Assembly: GCA_965263295.1 (NCBI GenBank)
Contig: OZ253665.1
Span: 544,001-608,000, forward strand
DNA: 64,000 nucleotides
Direction: 5' to 3'
DNA from: Spirochaetia bacterium
GTDB taxonomy: Bacteria > Spirochaetota > Spirochaetia > SP-2023
Part shown: in pieces, positions 28,155-38,120 of the stretch
Position numbering within the stretch: the first letter of the stretch is position 1
Layout: each line of letters begins with the position of its first letter
Program-made: the position numbers and the translations under genes
Notes under the pieces: generated by a model
Database searches by the model: none
What the model saw: only the letters and a program-made list of their open reading frames with translations
What the model was told of the DNA's origin: nothing

Positions 28155-30521
28155 TTATTTGCGCGAGCTTAGCAGCACTAGGTCGAGAAAAATGCTTGAA
28201 GGGGTTTGCCAAAAGTGATATCTAAGTTGTTTGTGATGCAACCAATGGAGCCAAAGGTCAGCTTGAGATATTGCGGATGCTATGGATTCTGTACTGCGCA
28301 AATGTGGTCGTTTGGAGTTTTGCCTATCGCCATCTTTTTTTCTTGCTTTATTGACTTTATTCGAGAGCTTTGTCTTGTCGTTTAGCTGGCTGTCTTGTTG
28401 TGCATCCTGTTTCTCTAGCTGGCTCAACAAGCCAGACACCCGCTTGCGTTGTTCGACATCGTTAAACATGCCTTCGTTTAGCTGTAGTTCTTGTTTTTGT
28501 GCCGCTGACCATTTTCGTTGTTGGGCAAGCCCGGTTAATACATGATTCCAAGTGCTCGCCATGTCTTCTATGAACGAGCAATAATCGTGGTAAAAAATCT
28601 TTTCGATACCAAGCAGGGTGCTGAAGGCCAGGGTGATCTCTTCTTGCATGCGCCGTGATTCCTGCCAGTTTTCAAAACAGTCTAGCAGCAGAGGAATGTC
28701 GACTTCAGGGCAACCGAGCAACTTGATGCTGTTAATTGAATAAATACAAATGCGTTGGTTCTGGTATTCGTTCAGGAGTATATCGCGCACATCTTTGAGG
28801 GAGTCGCGGTGCCCCAGGCGCCCCAAAGCGAGGATCGCTTGCGCCTTAAGGTTGTAGTCCGTGGAATTCAAGGCTTGCTGCAGGACGGGGATAGCTTCAT
28901 AGATGCCGCGTCTTCCCAGGATATTGACCGCATTGGCGCCAGTGGTATAGGGCGATAAGCTGACGTGTTCAATTAATAGTTGCTTGGCTTCTTGGGTTAA
29001 TTCGACTTCAGGGTTGTTCAAGACCTCAAGGGCTTCCAGGCGCAGTAGTAAGTTGGGAGCGCGTATTAGTTGCGGCAGTTCTTGCGATAGAATAGGGGAG
29101 GCAGGCCCCTTCCTGATCGCAGACACTAACTCTTGGTGTTGTTCCGTGGTCACCTGACCCTGGCTGCGCTCTAGCAGCCAGACTCCTTGCCAGGCACGGG
29201 GAGATAGAAAAACGCCGATACTCTGGGATAAAGTCATGGCTGAACCGCGCTTCAAAGATAATAATAGTAAGAGATTGATTGCCAGTAGCACAAGCACGGC
29301 GGCCCAGAATATTCGAAAAATATTGAAATCACTTGCATTGCTAAGAATGGGAAGGCTGTGCAGGGTATCCAGGGCAAACCCGCCCAGGATCACTCCAATT
29401 CCCCCTATCCCGCGGATTATTGTGATCAGCAGACTCTTGTTCAGATCCTTGCGGTCATTCAGATGGTTTAAAAAGTAGGCTTGCAGGCTGTCTTGTAGAA
29501 TTACGGTACTAATCACAATTAAAATATTTAGCAGAAATATCCAGTACGGCTGCCACAGTGAAGTGCGCATGTCGATAAGCATAGCGGTCACACCGAAGCT
29601 TAGGGCAATAGTAGTCAACACAGAAACAGGTTTCGGCCCCATGCGGTTAAGCAAAGGGCGGGCGGCCAATCCAAAGATAATGATGGCTATTGGACCGCCG
29701 AGCGAATAAGTCATGGCCGAACTATCTCCGATACTGTAGGCCTCTTTAAAGTAAACAATTAAGAAGACACTGACTATGGAGGACAAACCGAAACTCAATA
29801 GGGCACTGAGGGCAAATAGGCGAGAATCTTTGTAACTAAAAAAATTTATCAAAGTGAGCAATAAGCTATTCCGCTGTATTTTATTGGGCTGGTCTGTCAA
29901 GTTGTTTACGACTTGTGTCGATTGGGGAATCTCTTCTTGCAGCCCGTATATCATACCAGTGACGATGCCCAAGACAATCCCTACGGCGTAAAAGATGCTG
30001 TACATCCACAGTTGCTCATTGCGCAATAGTATACTACTCGCGGCGATAGCTATTAGGTTGCCGGTATTGGTAACCACTTGTAAATTGATAAAAAAGCTTG
30101 TGCGCTGTTTTTCAATGGTTAATTTGTCAAAAATTGGTATGTTACCGGCAATTCCGATACCGCGGCATATCTGGAAAAATAGCTGAGTTATCAGAAATAT
30201 GGCCACTACCAAGTCGGTCCCCGCGCCCAATAAAATCATAATTGGAGCCATTATCTGGGGGACTAGTAGCAATGCGCGGATAATCCAGATCCAAGAGACA
30301 GTTTGGATAACCCCGTATTGCTGGATCAGACCTTTACCCATGCCTGAAAACAACATGGCAAACCAGGGGAAAGCGGAAATTAGGCCCATCATACTCTTAT
30401 TCGTGCCAATCTGCAGCAAGAATAGTGTGACTAGATTGCCCATCATCAGCGGAAAAGACAAGGAATTGCTAAATGTACCCCAATAATATAATCGGCGGTA
30501 GCGGAATTCGGGGTCAATCAT
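28155..30521 (-). CDS. MFS-type membrane protein with C-terminal HEAT-like repeats
   Basis: About 12 hydrophobic segments, then AVNILGRRG and AILALGRLG repeats. Confidence 0.7.
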   Translation of the reverse strand: MIDPEFRYRRLYYWGTFSNSLSFPLMMGNLVTLFLLQIGTNKSMMGLISAFPWFAMLFSGMGKGLIQQYGVIQTVSWIWIIRALLLVPQIMAPIMILLGAGTDLVVAIFLITQLFFQICRGIGIAGNIPIFDKLTIEKQRTSFFINLQVVTNTGNLIAIAASSILLRNEQLWMYSIFYAVGIVLGIVTGMIYGLQEEIPQSTQVVNNLTDQPNKIQRNSLLLTLINFFSYKDSRLFALSALLSFGLSSIVSVFLIVYFKEAYSIGDSSAMTYSLGGPIAIIIFGLAARPLLNRMGPKPVSVLTTIALSFGVTAMLIDMRTSLWQPYWIFLLNILIVISTVILQDSLQAYFLNHLNDRKDLNKSLLITIIRGIGGIGVILGGFALDTLHSLPILSNASDFNIFRIFWAAVLVLLAINLLLLLSLKRGSAMTLSQSIGVFLSPRAWQGVWLLERSQGQVTTEQHQELVSAIRKGPASPILSQELPQLIRAPNLLLRLEALEVLNNPEVELTQEAKQLLIEHVSLSPYTTGANAVNILGRRGIYEAIPVLQQALNSTDYNLKAQAILALGRLGHRDSLKDVRDILLNEYQNQRICIYSINSIKLLGCPEVDIPLLLDCFENWQESRRMQEEITLAFSTLLGIEKIFYHDYCSFIEDMASTWNHVLTGLAQQRKWSAAQKQELQLNEGMFNDVEQRKRVSGLLSQLEKQDAQQDSQLNDKTKLSNKVNKARKKDGDRQNSKRPHLRSTESIASAISQADLWLHWLHHKQLRYHFWQTPSSIFLDLVLLSSRK

Positions 30522-30741
30522 TATCTCAATTTATATACGCAGAATTTCTGCGAAGCATTACAGCGATTTTATGGGAAAACGAGTAAAAGGCAAGCTTTTC
30601 TAGTCGGGCACGAATACTTGTTTTTGGCTGTGAGCCCAATGTAAATTCAATATAAACTTAATTCAAAGTTCAAACGGCTAGAGGTTGCCGTCATTTAATC
30701 CTGCCAGAGTCTATGAAAAAGAATATGTAGGGGATGTGGGC

Positions 30742-31455
30742 TTAGGGACGCACAAAAGGATTATGTTGCATTTCTTGCCCTATCGTCGTAGGGGCTCCGT
30801 GCCCCGGAAAAACTTGTGTTGTGGGGGCTAGGCGGTAAAGCAGCTGCCGAATGGAGGCACTTAGCATTTCAAAATTGCCGCCAGGGAAATCACTGCGCCC
30901 TACTGAACCTTGGAAAAGTTGATCTCCCGTCATAACACAGGTCGGTTGGGGGAAATAATAGGCCAGTCCCCCCGGCGTGTGGCCGGGCATTGGCATGGCC
31001 GTAATTTTTAGTTCGGGCCATTCCGGTAAGGTGAAATCCAGATTCTGGGCCTGATCGGCACAGATGTCAAAATGGATGTCTAGGCATTCGTCTAATGAAA
31101 TGGCCTGTAGGTCGAAATCTCCGGCAAAAGCACTCATTATATGTGGATTTTCAAATAGCAATTGGTCGGCGGGGCTACCCCATACCGGCAGATTCAAGGT
31201 CGCTTGCAGGGCAGCGGCACCTCCCATGTGGTCCCAATGACCGTGGGTAAGTAGCAGCGCTTTGGGATCCAATTCCTCCTGAATTAAGACGTTGCGTATT
31301 GATTCAAGTGAATTGATCGGTGCATCAATAATAATAGCCTGGCCTTTTTCCTGTTTGTCAGCTTTCTGGTATAGAATGTGGCTGTTGGTTTGGATCGGAC
31401 CTAGAGCCAGGCTGATAACTTGAAAACCATGGTTGAGGCGACAAATTTTTGACAT
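30742..31455 (-). CDS. MBL-fold metallohydrolase (glyoxalase II/YcbL-like)
   Basis: THGHWDH, PGHTPG, GDQLF, PGHG. Confidence 0.9.
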   Translation of the reverse strand: MSKICRLNHGFQVISLALGPIQTNSHILYQKADKQEKGQAIIIDAPINSLESIRNVLIQEELDPKALLLTHGHWDHMGGAAALQATLNLPVWGSPADQLLFENPHIMSAFAGDFDLQAISLDECLDIHFDICADQAQNLDFTLPEWPELKITAMPMPGHTPGGLAYYFPQPTCVMTGDQLFQGSVGRSDFPGGNFEMLSASIRQLLYRLAPTTQVFPGHGAPTTIGQEMQHNPFVRP

Positions 31456-31460
31456 GGGAA

Positions 31461-32204
31461 CTAGTACAGTGAACTGCGGTATCTGCGCCCAATAGCATCA
31501 AATTGATGGGCATAGGCAAAAAACGACAAGAGCGAGACGAGCAGAATAAAAGCCATGATCCAATAGATATTTAATATGACGGCGGCACTGGTCAATATAC
31601 TTAGTAATAAAAACGCCAAAGCAAAATAAAGTAGGCTTCCTGCGCGCGCGCGCGCGCGAATGTCGAACTGAGGGTGCCGAACTAATTGTAAACATTCAAA
31701 TGCGAATACTACGAATTGAGAAAATAAAATGCGTGATAATGGGCTCAGGAACAGATCACGGGAACTGGGTAGAGGGCCCAGAAGTAGAAAGTCGTGAAAA
31801 TTTTCTGCTAAAAAGTAACCGCAGAGCCAGCAAAGTAACTCAGCAGAATGCACTGCGATACATCGGAACGGCAAGCCGCCACGAATATGTGCTTGTCGTT
31901 TGGCCATTTGTTTCGTCATGAGGCGGTAACGACGTAAAATGACAAATAATAAAATTAAGGCTGCGACAATACGAGAGTATGCTTCGCGCGACCGCAGCAA
32001 TTGCTCCTCAAAAATCTGGACAATATCCCAAGGGAAAAAACCAAATTCTGGGATAAGTCGAGACAGAATGTATACCGGAATATAAACAACAATCCCAAAA
32101 GAACAGGCGCGAACTGCACGGGCTAAGCGCGCCCTAGAGCCCAAGGTTCTATAAATTGTCAGGTATAAATAGAAAGGAAAGCTGACAATCAAAAACAAGG
32201 ACAT
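31461..32204 (-). CDS. Hypothetical multi-pass membrane protein
   Basis: Hydrophobic ORF; start moved to ATG 32204 because the longer ORF overlaps tRNA-Val. Confidence 0.65.
   Translation of the reverse strand: MSLFLIVSFPFYLYLTIYRTLGSRARLARAVRACSFGIVVYIPVYILSRLIPEFGFFPWDIVQIFEEQLLRSREAYSRIVAALILLFVILRRYRLMTKQMAKRQAHIRGGLPFRCIAVHSAELLCWLCGYFLAENFHDFLLLGPLPSSRDLFLSPLSRILFSQFVVFAFECLQLVRHPQFDIRARARAGSLLYFALAFLLLSILTSAAVILNIYWIMAFILLVSLLSFFAYAHQFDAIGRRYRSSLY
31642..31658. repeat. (GC)n dinucleotide tract, 17 bp
   Basis: GCGCGCGCGCGCGCGCG inside the coding sequence (RARARA). Confidence 0.9.
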
Positions 32205-32232
32205 ATCGTGTGAACAATGAAAACAAAAACAC

Positions 32233-32306
32233 TGGGCGATATTGGATTCGAACCAATGACCCCCTGCTTGTAAGGCAGGTGCTCTAACCGGCTGAGCTAA
32301 TCGCCC
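32233..32306 (-). tRNA. tRNA-Val (TAC)
   Basis: GGGCGATTAGCTCAG...CT-TAC-AA...GGTTCGAATCC. Confidence 0.95.
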
Positions 32307-32324
32307 TGTAAAAAGTATTTGTCC

Positions 32325-32353
32325 TTTATAGCATATAATTGACAACTTGTCAA
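32325..32353 (-). promoter_or_regulatory. sigma70 promoter of tRNA-Val
   Basis: TTGACA-17 bp-TATAAA on the minus strand. Confidence 0.7.
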
Positions 32354-32605
32354 ATGGCAGATACTTTTTTTATTTTGCAAATTGCATTACAGAATACAAA
32401 GTGGCTTCAATTATACGCAAGAACACCGTTCGAAATTTGGGAACCTGTTATTCAATCAATTTTTACAAGATAGTTGATATAAAAATGACTACTTGTGCCA
32501 TTTGATTCATTATGTTAGTTTAGTTTCGGGATGATGCTTGAATTAGGCATTACCGTAATTGCTAGCAATCGAAAATAATGAATTTGTTAGGTTGAAGGGA
32601 TTCTT

Positions 32606-33532
32606 ATGATCATTGATTTGTTGATTAGCGGGGATAAAAAATTCATTGTGGTAAAAAGAATAGTTAAATTTTTTACCTGTCTACTGGTTTTTTCTCAGAT
32701 ATTAGCGGTGTCGCTATATGCTGAGGATGAGCTCAATTTCCCCAAAGAGCTAAATGTTACCGAGAAAATTTACGGTGAAAGCAAGTTTCTCAACAGAATC
32801 CGCCAACGCGGCAGATTGATTATAGCCATGACTCAAAAGGATCAATATCCGTTCTTTTACACGACAAAAAATAATAGTCTGGTCGGTCTGGACGTGGATA
32901 TAGCTCAAGAGTTGGCAAAAAGCCTGCAGGTGGACTTAGATATTGACCGCTCGGCTAAATCTTTTAATGACTTAATCCCCATGGTGGCGTCGCATCAGGT
33001 AGATATGGCTCTCTCTAAGCTGAGTCGCACTTTGCAGCGCTCACAAGAAGTTTTGTTTAGCAAGCCTTACATCGTGTTCCGCCAAGCCTTGCTCATTAAT
33101 CGTATCCAGCTGGCCCGTGTCAGTGCCAGTGATGAAGAGACGAAAGAAATTGTACGCAACTTTTCTAGCACAATCGGTGTAATTGCCAATTCATCGTATG
33201 AACGTTATGCGAGAACTAATTTCCCACAGGCAGAAATTGTAAGCTTTCCAAGTTGGGAAGCGACTCTGCAGGCTCTATCGGACTCTAAAGTCTTTGCTGT
33301 TTACCGTGATGAAGTGGAGATTGGCAGATACATTCATCGCAACCCTCAAGAAAATTTATATTTCAAGTCCGTATATCTTCAAGACCGTGAGGATCCGATA
33401 GCCGTAGCCTTGCCGGCAGGCGATTATCACTTTTTATTTTATATTAACATGTTCTTAGATACGCTGGATTTTCTGCCCAGGGACGCGAATGATTTGTTGG
33501 CTAAGTTTGGCGAGCATGATGAAGTGCAATAA
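32606..33532 (+). CDS. Amino-acid substrate-binding protein (SBP_bac_3/PBPb)
   Basis: YPFF, GLDVDIAQELA, VDMALS, FSKPY; N-terminal signal. Confidence 0.85.
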   Translation: MIIDLLISGDKKFIVVKRIVKFFTCLLVFSQILAVSLYAEDELNFPKELNVTEKIYGESKFLNRIRQRGRLIIAMTQKDQYPFFYTTKNNSLVGLDVDIAQELAKSLQVDLDIDRSAKSFNDLIPMVASHQVDMALSKLSRTLQRSQEVLFSKPYIVFRQALLINRIQLARVSASDEETKEIVRNFSSTIGVIANSSYERYARTNFPQAEIVSFPSWEATLQALSDSKVFAVYRDEVEIGRYIHRNPQENLYFKSVYLQDREDPIAVALPAGDYHFLFYINMFLDTLDFLPRDANDLLAKFGEHDEVQ

Positions 33533-33559
33533 TTTACGTACAGCAGGGAGCAACATATT

Positions 33560-34852
33560 ATGATAGTTCAATTTTTAAGGCATCCGCTGACAGCATTTCT
33601 AGCGATTATTTTAGGCGTATTGTGCGGAATATATTTTCCAGAATTTGCGCGCAGTTTGTCAGATCTGAGTAATACTTATTTATTGCTGATGCAAATGACG
33701 GTCGTGCCGATACTCGTTTCTGCCATCATTTCCAGCGTAGGCCAGTTTATTCAAAACCCCAGTTTCCCACATATTGCCGCGCGAGCTTTGAAAGTTGTCG
33801 TAATCCTCATGCTATTTGTCGTCTTGCTGGCATTGTTTGTCAGTTTGATATTTAAACCTGGCTCATTGTCACGGGAGGGCACAGACTACCTCTCGCGCTA
33901 TATTGGCAGTCAGACTGACGTTTTGGTTCTGAACCTGGATGAGAAAGAACAAGTTCACGCTCAAGCGGACAGCTTTTTGAATGTTTTTCTAAAATCGCTA
34001 ATTCCTGCTAATATGTTTGCTGCCCTGTCTCAGGGGAAGTCCTTGGCCTTAGCTTTTATTTCTATCATTATTGGCGTTGCGGCTGGGATCTACCAACTGC
34101 GCCACAAGAAGCAGGGTAAGACAAATGCTTTAATTGATTTATGTGACAATATTTTTTCGATTTTTCAATTGATTATTAGCGCCGTATTGGTATTACTGCC
34201 CGTCGCTTTAGTGTTTATTATCGCAAATCTGATAGCCCAAAATGGCTTGGGTATGTTTATTGCGACTATCAGACTCATCACAACTTTTTATGTTCTTGGG
34301 GTGATTCTATTGTTGCTGAATAGTATGTTTTTGGCCATCAGTACCCGCAGAAACTTTTTTCAAGTTTTGCGCGTATCGTTGACACCTTCTTTTCTCGGCT
34401 TTGTTACAAAAAGCAGTGTAGCCACGATTCCTTCTTGCATTGAGAGACTAGAGAAAGGCATGGATATGGATGTCGGCCTTGCCAAGTTATTGGTTCCTTT
34501 ATTTTTGGTGCTATGTCGCTATGGCAATCTGGCTTATTTCGCCGTCATAACCGTTTTTTCGTACCAAATCTACCATATGCAGTTTGGTTTCATAGAGCTT
34601 TTGGTGGTTGTAGTCAGTTTACTTTTTGCCAGTATTGCGACTGCTGGTGCCACTGGTTTCTCAACGTTGGGCATACTTTCTATTGCTTTCTTACCTCTAG
34701 GCATACCTGTAGAAACTATACTAGTTATACTATATGCCATTGATCCCATTATTGATCCTATGCGGACAATGCTAATTGTGCATAATAATTTTGCAGCCAT
34801 TGGTATTATTGGGGGCAAGCGCAAATATGCTGTATTGCAGACGAAACAGTAA
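33560..34852 (+). CDS. Dicarboxylate/amino acid:cation symporter (DAACS/SDF) family protein, atypical
   Basis: LLMQMTVVP, IPAN, TKSSVATIP, DPMRT. Confidence 0.85.
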   Translation: MIVQFLRHPLTAFLAIILGVLCGIYFPEFARSLSDLSNTYLLLMQMTVVPILVSAIISSVGQFIQNPSFPHIAARALKVVVILMLFVVLLALFVSLIFKPGSLSREGTDYLSRYIGSQTDVLVLNLDEKEQVHAQADSFLNVFLKSLIPANMFAALSQGKSLALAFISIIIGVAAGIYQLRHKKQGKTNALIDLCDNIFSIFQLIISAVLVLLPVALVFIIANLIAQNGLGMFIATIRLITTFYVLGVILLLLNSMFLAISTRRNFFQVLRVSLTPSFLGFVTKSSVATIPSCIERLEKGMDMDVGLAKLLVPLFLVLCRYGNLAYFAVITVFSYQIYHMQFGFIELLVVVVSLLFASIATAGATGFSTLGILSIAFLPLGIPVETILVILYAIDPIIDPMRTMLIVHNNFAAIGIIGGKRKYAVLQTKQ

Positions 34853-34929
34853 GATTGAGCGTATTTGCACGGATATTGTGCCACAATGTCTACTAATATT
34901 GTAAAATCCAGTTCTAAAGGTCAAAAAAA

Positions 34930-37296
34930 ATGAGTCCTGCCGATGCGACAAAAGCCGCTGTGCCAGTTTCGGACATAAAAAATAAAGCTGTCCATGTAGC
35001 TGAAACTCCTGCGGCTCTAGAAGGAAATGCGCCGCCTGTCGAGGACTTAGGGCGCCGCCGCACAAGTATTTCCCTGCGCGCCTTTTGGTTGTTTACTAAT
35101 ATTTCCTCTCTGCTGCTGTTCTTCCTTATCGTTTTGTACTTGTTACACCTGCAGAACCAGACCACGACACTGCGTTCCAACTTACAGATTCAGGGCCAAG
35201 TTTCCCACCAGATTGAGCGACAAGTATTGCGCTATTTCGAAAATGCTTCCAAACAGTTAAATATTCTTAATGACTTAATGAGAAAGGATCTTGAACGTTT
35301 GGGCGGACTACAGCAAGATGATTTTTTGAGCCTCGCAGAAACTATTGTCAAAATGGATGGCCATATTAATGCTGTGTATTGTGCTGATGAGCATGGGAAT
35401 TTTTATATGGCGAAGCGTATTCGCAATGGCGTCATCGGCCGTAAAATAGTTACGCCTCGCGGCAGTACAACTATAGAGCGTTGGAATTTTTTAAATGGTC
35501 AAGAGTTCCCGTCTTACCCTGCTCGGCGCGAAGTTCCCAGCTCGCAAGCCTATGATCCTCGTCAGCGCAGCTGGTATAGCGTAGCAAAGTCAAATAAAGA
35601 GTATTGGCATGGTCCGTATATTTTTTATACAGATAAATTTATGGGCATGACTGGGGTCATCGGTTTGGGCTCCTCGCAAGATTATAAAGTAATAGGTATA
35701 GATATTGATATTTCCGATTTAAGCAGCTTTCTGCAGGAGTTAGCATTTAGCAAGGTAGGCTATATCGTCATTAAGGATGCTTCTGATAATCTGGTCGCGG
35801 TCAGCGACAAAGAACGGCCAGATTATAGTATTAATCAGATAAAATTTTACGTTCAAGATAACCGACAAGAATTTGCTATACAGAAGGTTGCCGAGTTGGA
35901 TAGCAGCTCAGTCATGAGCTTTTTTGCCAAGCGAATTTTGTCCTTAAACACAAAGCAGTTGCAGCAAAGTTCGGTTTGGGAAGAGAATACAAATTTGCTT
36001 GAACAGTTGCTGACAATGTTTTTCCCAAGGCGCGCGAAGAGTTCCAATGTGCGCAATATATTAATCAAAGGCATTGACTATGGCACTATTGAGCGAAATG
36101 AGCAGGGCGAAAAACGCAACTACCTGTTTACCCACAATGCCTTTCATCCTTTTGAAGGTATATCTTGGGAAGTCTATACATTCACAGATGTAATGGATAT
36201 TAGCAATTCTCTAGACTACCTGAGCAAAATTATAACCTGGATTTTTTTGGGTTTCATTTTATTGTTTATATTCATTTTACAATATGTATCAAAGCTAGTT
36301 TCCCAACCTTTGAGTGAACTTTCGCGTATGATGGAAAATTTTCGCCAACACTTGGCTTTGGAGCAGAACTTTGTGGACCACAGTCGCTTGAAGGTCAAGG
36401 AAATCGAAAACATTGGTAATGTATACAACAACCTGCAGAACGGTTTCCGCTCATTTAAAAAATTTGTGCCCGATGTAATTGTGCGACGCTCAATGAACAG
36501 TTCATTTTTAGGCAAAAATCAGCTAAATTCACAAATGCATAAGCGTCAAGTCTCAATCTTATTTTCCGATATTGAAGGCTTTACCTCTATTGCGGAACGC
36601 TTGCAACCTGAAGTTTTATGCCGGTGTCTGGAAGTCTACTTTTCGCTGATGAGCCAGGAAATCGGTAACAATCAGGGCATCGTCGATAAATTCATTGGAG
36701 ATGCTATTATGGCCTTGTTTGGTGCTTTCCATGATGCGGAGGACGAGGCGCAGACAGCACGCCAGGCCGTCCAGGCGGCACTAAGTATGCAAAAGAAATC
36801 TGAAGCGGTGCAACGCGCAGTCCAGAAGATTGACCCTTCCGTGTCTTTGCGCACGCGCATTGGCATTAGCACCGGGCAGGCCATGGTGGGAATTTTCGGC
36901 TCGCGCCAGCGTCTTAACTTTACGGCCATGGGTGATCGGGTCAACTTGGCTAGTCGCTTGGAAGCTGTCAACAAAAAATATAAAACTCCCGTAATCGTTT
37001 CGGAACGAACGAGGGAGCTCGCCGCAGATACTTTTATATTTCGCTACCTGGGCCGTATTCAGGTCAGAGGGAAGGAGCAAACAGAAAAGATTTACCAACC
37101 CATTGGTCCAATCAATCAAGTGAGTGACTATTATAAAAGTTACTATAAAAATTTTGGACAGCTGCAGTCAATATTGGAAAAAGGCGACTGGAACTTGTCG
37201 CAAAATGCTGTGCGCAAGATGCACCAGCACTTTCCCGGCATTGTCGACCCCTTGTTTGAACAAATGCGTCAGCAGTATAAATCCAAGGAAGTTTAG
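34930..37296 (+). CDS. Membrane-bound class III adenylate cyclase with Cache-like sensor and HAMP
   Basis: YDPRQRSWY..WHGPY..VIGIDI; ILFSDIEGFT, DKFIGD, FTAMGDRVNLASRLE. Confidence 0.88.
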   Translation: MSPADATKAAVPVSDIKNKAVHVAETPAALEGNAPPVEDLGRRRTSISLRAFWLFTNISSLLLFFLIVLYLLHLQNQTTTLRSNLQIQGQVSHQIERQVLRYFENASKQLNILNDLMRKDLERLGGLQQDDFLSLAETIVKMDGHINAVYCADEHGNFYMAKRIRNGVIGRKIVTPRGSTTIERWNFLNGQEFPSYPARREVPSSQAYDPRQRSWYSVAKSNKEYWHGPYIFYTDKFMGMTGVIGLGSSQDYKVIGIDIDISDLSSFLQELAFSKVGYIVIKDASDNLVAVSDKERPDYSINQIKFYVQDNRQEFAIQKVAELDSSSVMSFFAKRILSLNTKQLQQSSVWEENTNLLEQLLTMFFPRRAKSSNVRNILIKGIDYGTIERNEQGEKRNYLFTHNAFHPFEGISWEVYTFTDVMDISNSLDYLSKIITWIFLGFILLFIFILQYVSKLVSQPLSELSRMMENFRQHLALEQNFVDHSRLKVKEIENIGNVYNNLQNGFRSFKKFVPDVIVRRSMNSSFLGKNQLNSQMHKRQVSILFSDIEGFTSIAERLQPEVLCRCLEVYFSLMSQEIGNNQGIVDKFIGDAIMALFGAFHDAEDEAQTARQAVQAALSMQKKSEAVQRAVQKIDPSVSLRTRIGISTGQAMVGIFGSRQRLNFTAMGDRVNLASRLEAVNKKYKTPVIVSERTRELAADTFIFRYLGRIQVRGKEQTEKIYQPIGPINQVSDYYKSYYKNFGQLQSILEKGDWNLSQNAVRKMHQHFPGIVDPLFEQMRQQYKSKEV

Positions 37297-37299
37297 TCC

Positions 37300-38082
37300 A
37301 TGTATGCAAATACGGCAAAGATAATCGGCATCGTCGGTGGCGTCGGACCCCAGGCGGGAGTCGACCTGCATCAAAAGCTTGTGGTGTATACCTCAGAGCT
37401 AATTCATCCGCGCTGTGATCAAGAGCACTTATCGGTCATTCATATGGCCCTGCCATCTCAGATTGCGGACCGCAGCGCTTATTTGGCGACTCCTGGAAAT
37501 TGTCTCCACCCTGGGTTTGCCATCTATGAGGTAATTCAACGCTTATATCAAAACGGTGCGCGGGTCATTGGCATACCTTGCAATACTTGTCATGCCAAAG
37601 CGATTTTTTCCCAGATTCAAGGGCTTGTTGACACGGAGTTGGGCGCAGACATTGAATTGCTGCACATGATTCGCGAGGTTTGTCGCAAAGTGCGGGCCAT
37701 GGGCTTCAAGCGAGTAGGCTTATTGGCGACAATGGGGACTTACAGCTCTCAATTGTATTTTGATATATTTGCAGAGCAAGGGATTGAAATTCTGCAGCCA
37801 CAGGACGAGATGAGTCAGCAGCAAGTCCACAACGCGATCTACGATCCAGATTTCGGTATTAAGGCGAATGCTGATTTAACCGAAAACAAATTTGCCCGCC
37901 GGATTCTGCTGGAAGAAGCACGTAAAATGCAGCGGCGCAGAGCTCAGGCAATCATTATGGGCTGCACGGAGATCCCCCTGGTCCTGCGAGCTCAAGACTT
38001 GGCACTGCCTTTGCTGGATGCCACGGCTGTTCTGGCTCGTGCGTTGGTTCACCGCGCTTTCGGCTTTAATAAACAGGACTGA
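37300..38082 (+). CDS. Aspartate/glutamate racemase family protein (RacX-like)
   Basis: GIVGGVGP, IPCNTCH and MGCTEIP (two catalytic Cys). Confidence 0.9.
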   Translation: MYANTAKIIGIVGGVGPQAGVDLHQKLVVYTSELIHPRCDQEHLSVIHMALPSQIADRSAYLATPGNCLHPGFAIYEVIQRLYQNGARVIGIPCNTCHAKAIFSQIQGLVDTELGADIELLHMIREVCRKVRAMGFKRVGLLATMGTYSSQLYFDIFAEQGIEILQPQDEMSQQQVHNAIYDPDFGIKANADLTENKFARRILLEEARKMQRRRAQAIIMGCTEIPLVLRAQDLALPLLDATAVLARALVHRAFGFNKQD

Positions 38083-38120
38083 ATCCTTTTCTCCCCGCCG
38101 TGTTTCTCGTCCCTCTCTTG

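Noticed and set aside
32205..32345. N-terminal extension of ORF 31461-32345; likewise ORFs 15731-16006 and 27875-28090
   Set aside because: They overlap tRNA genes.
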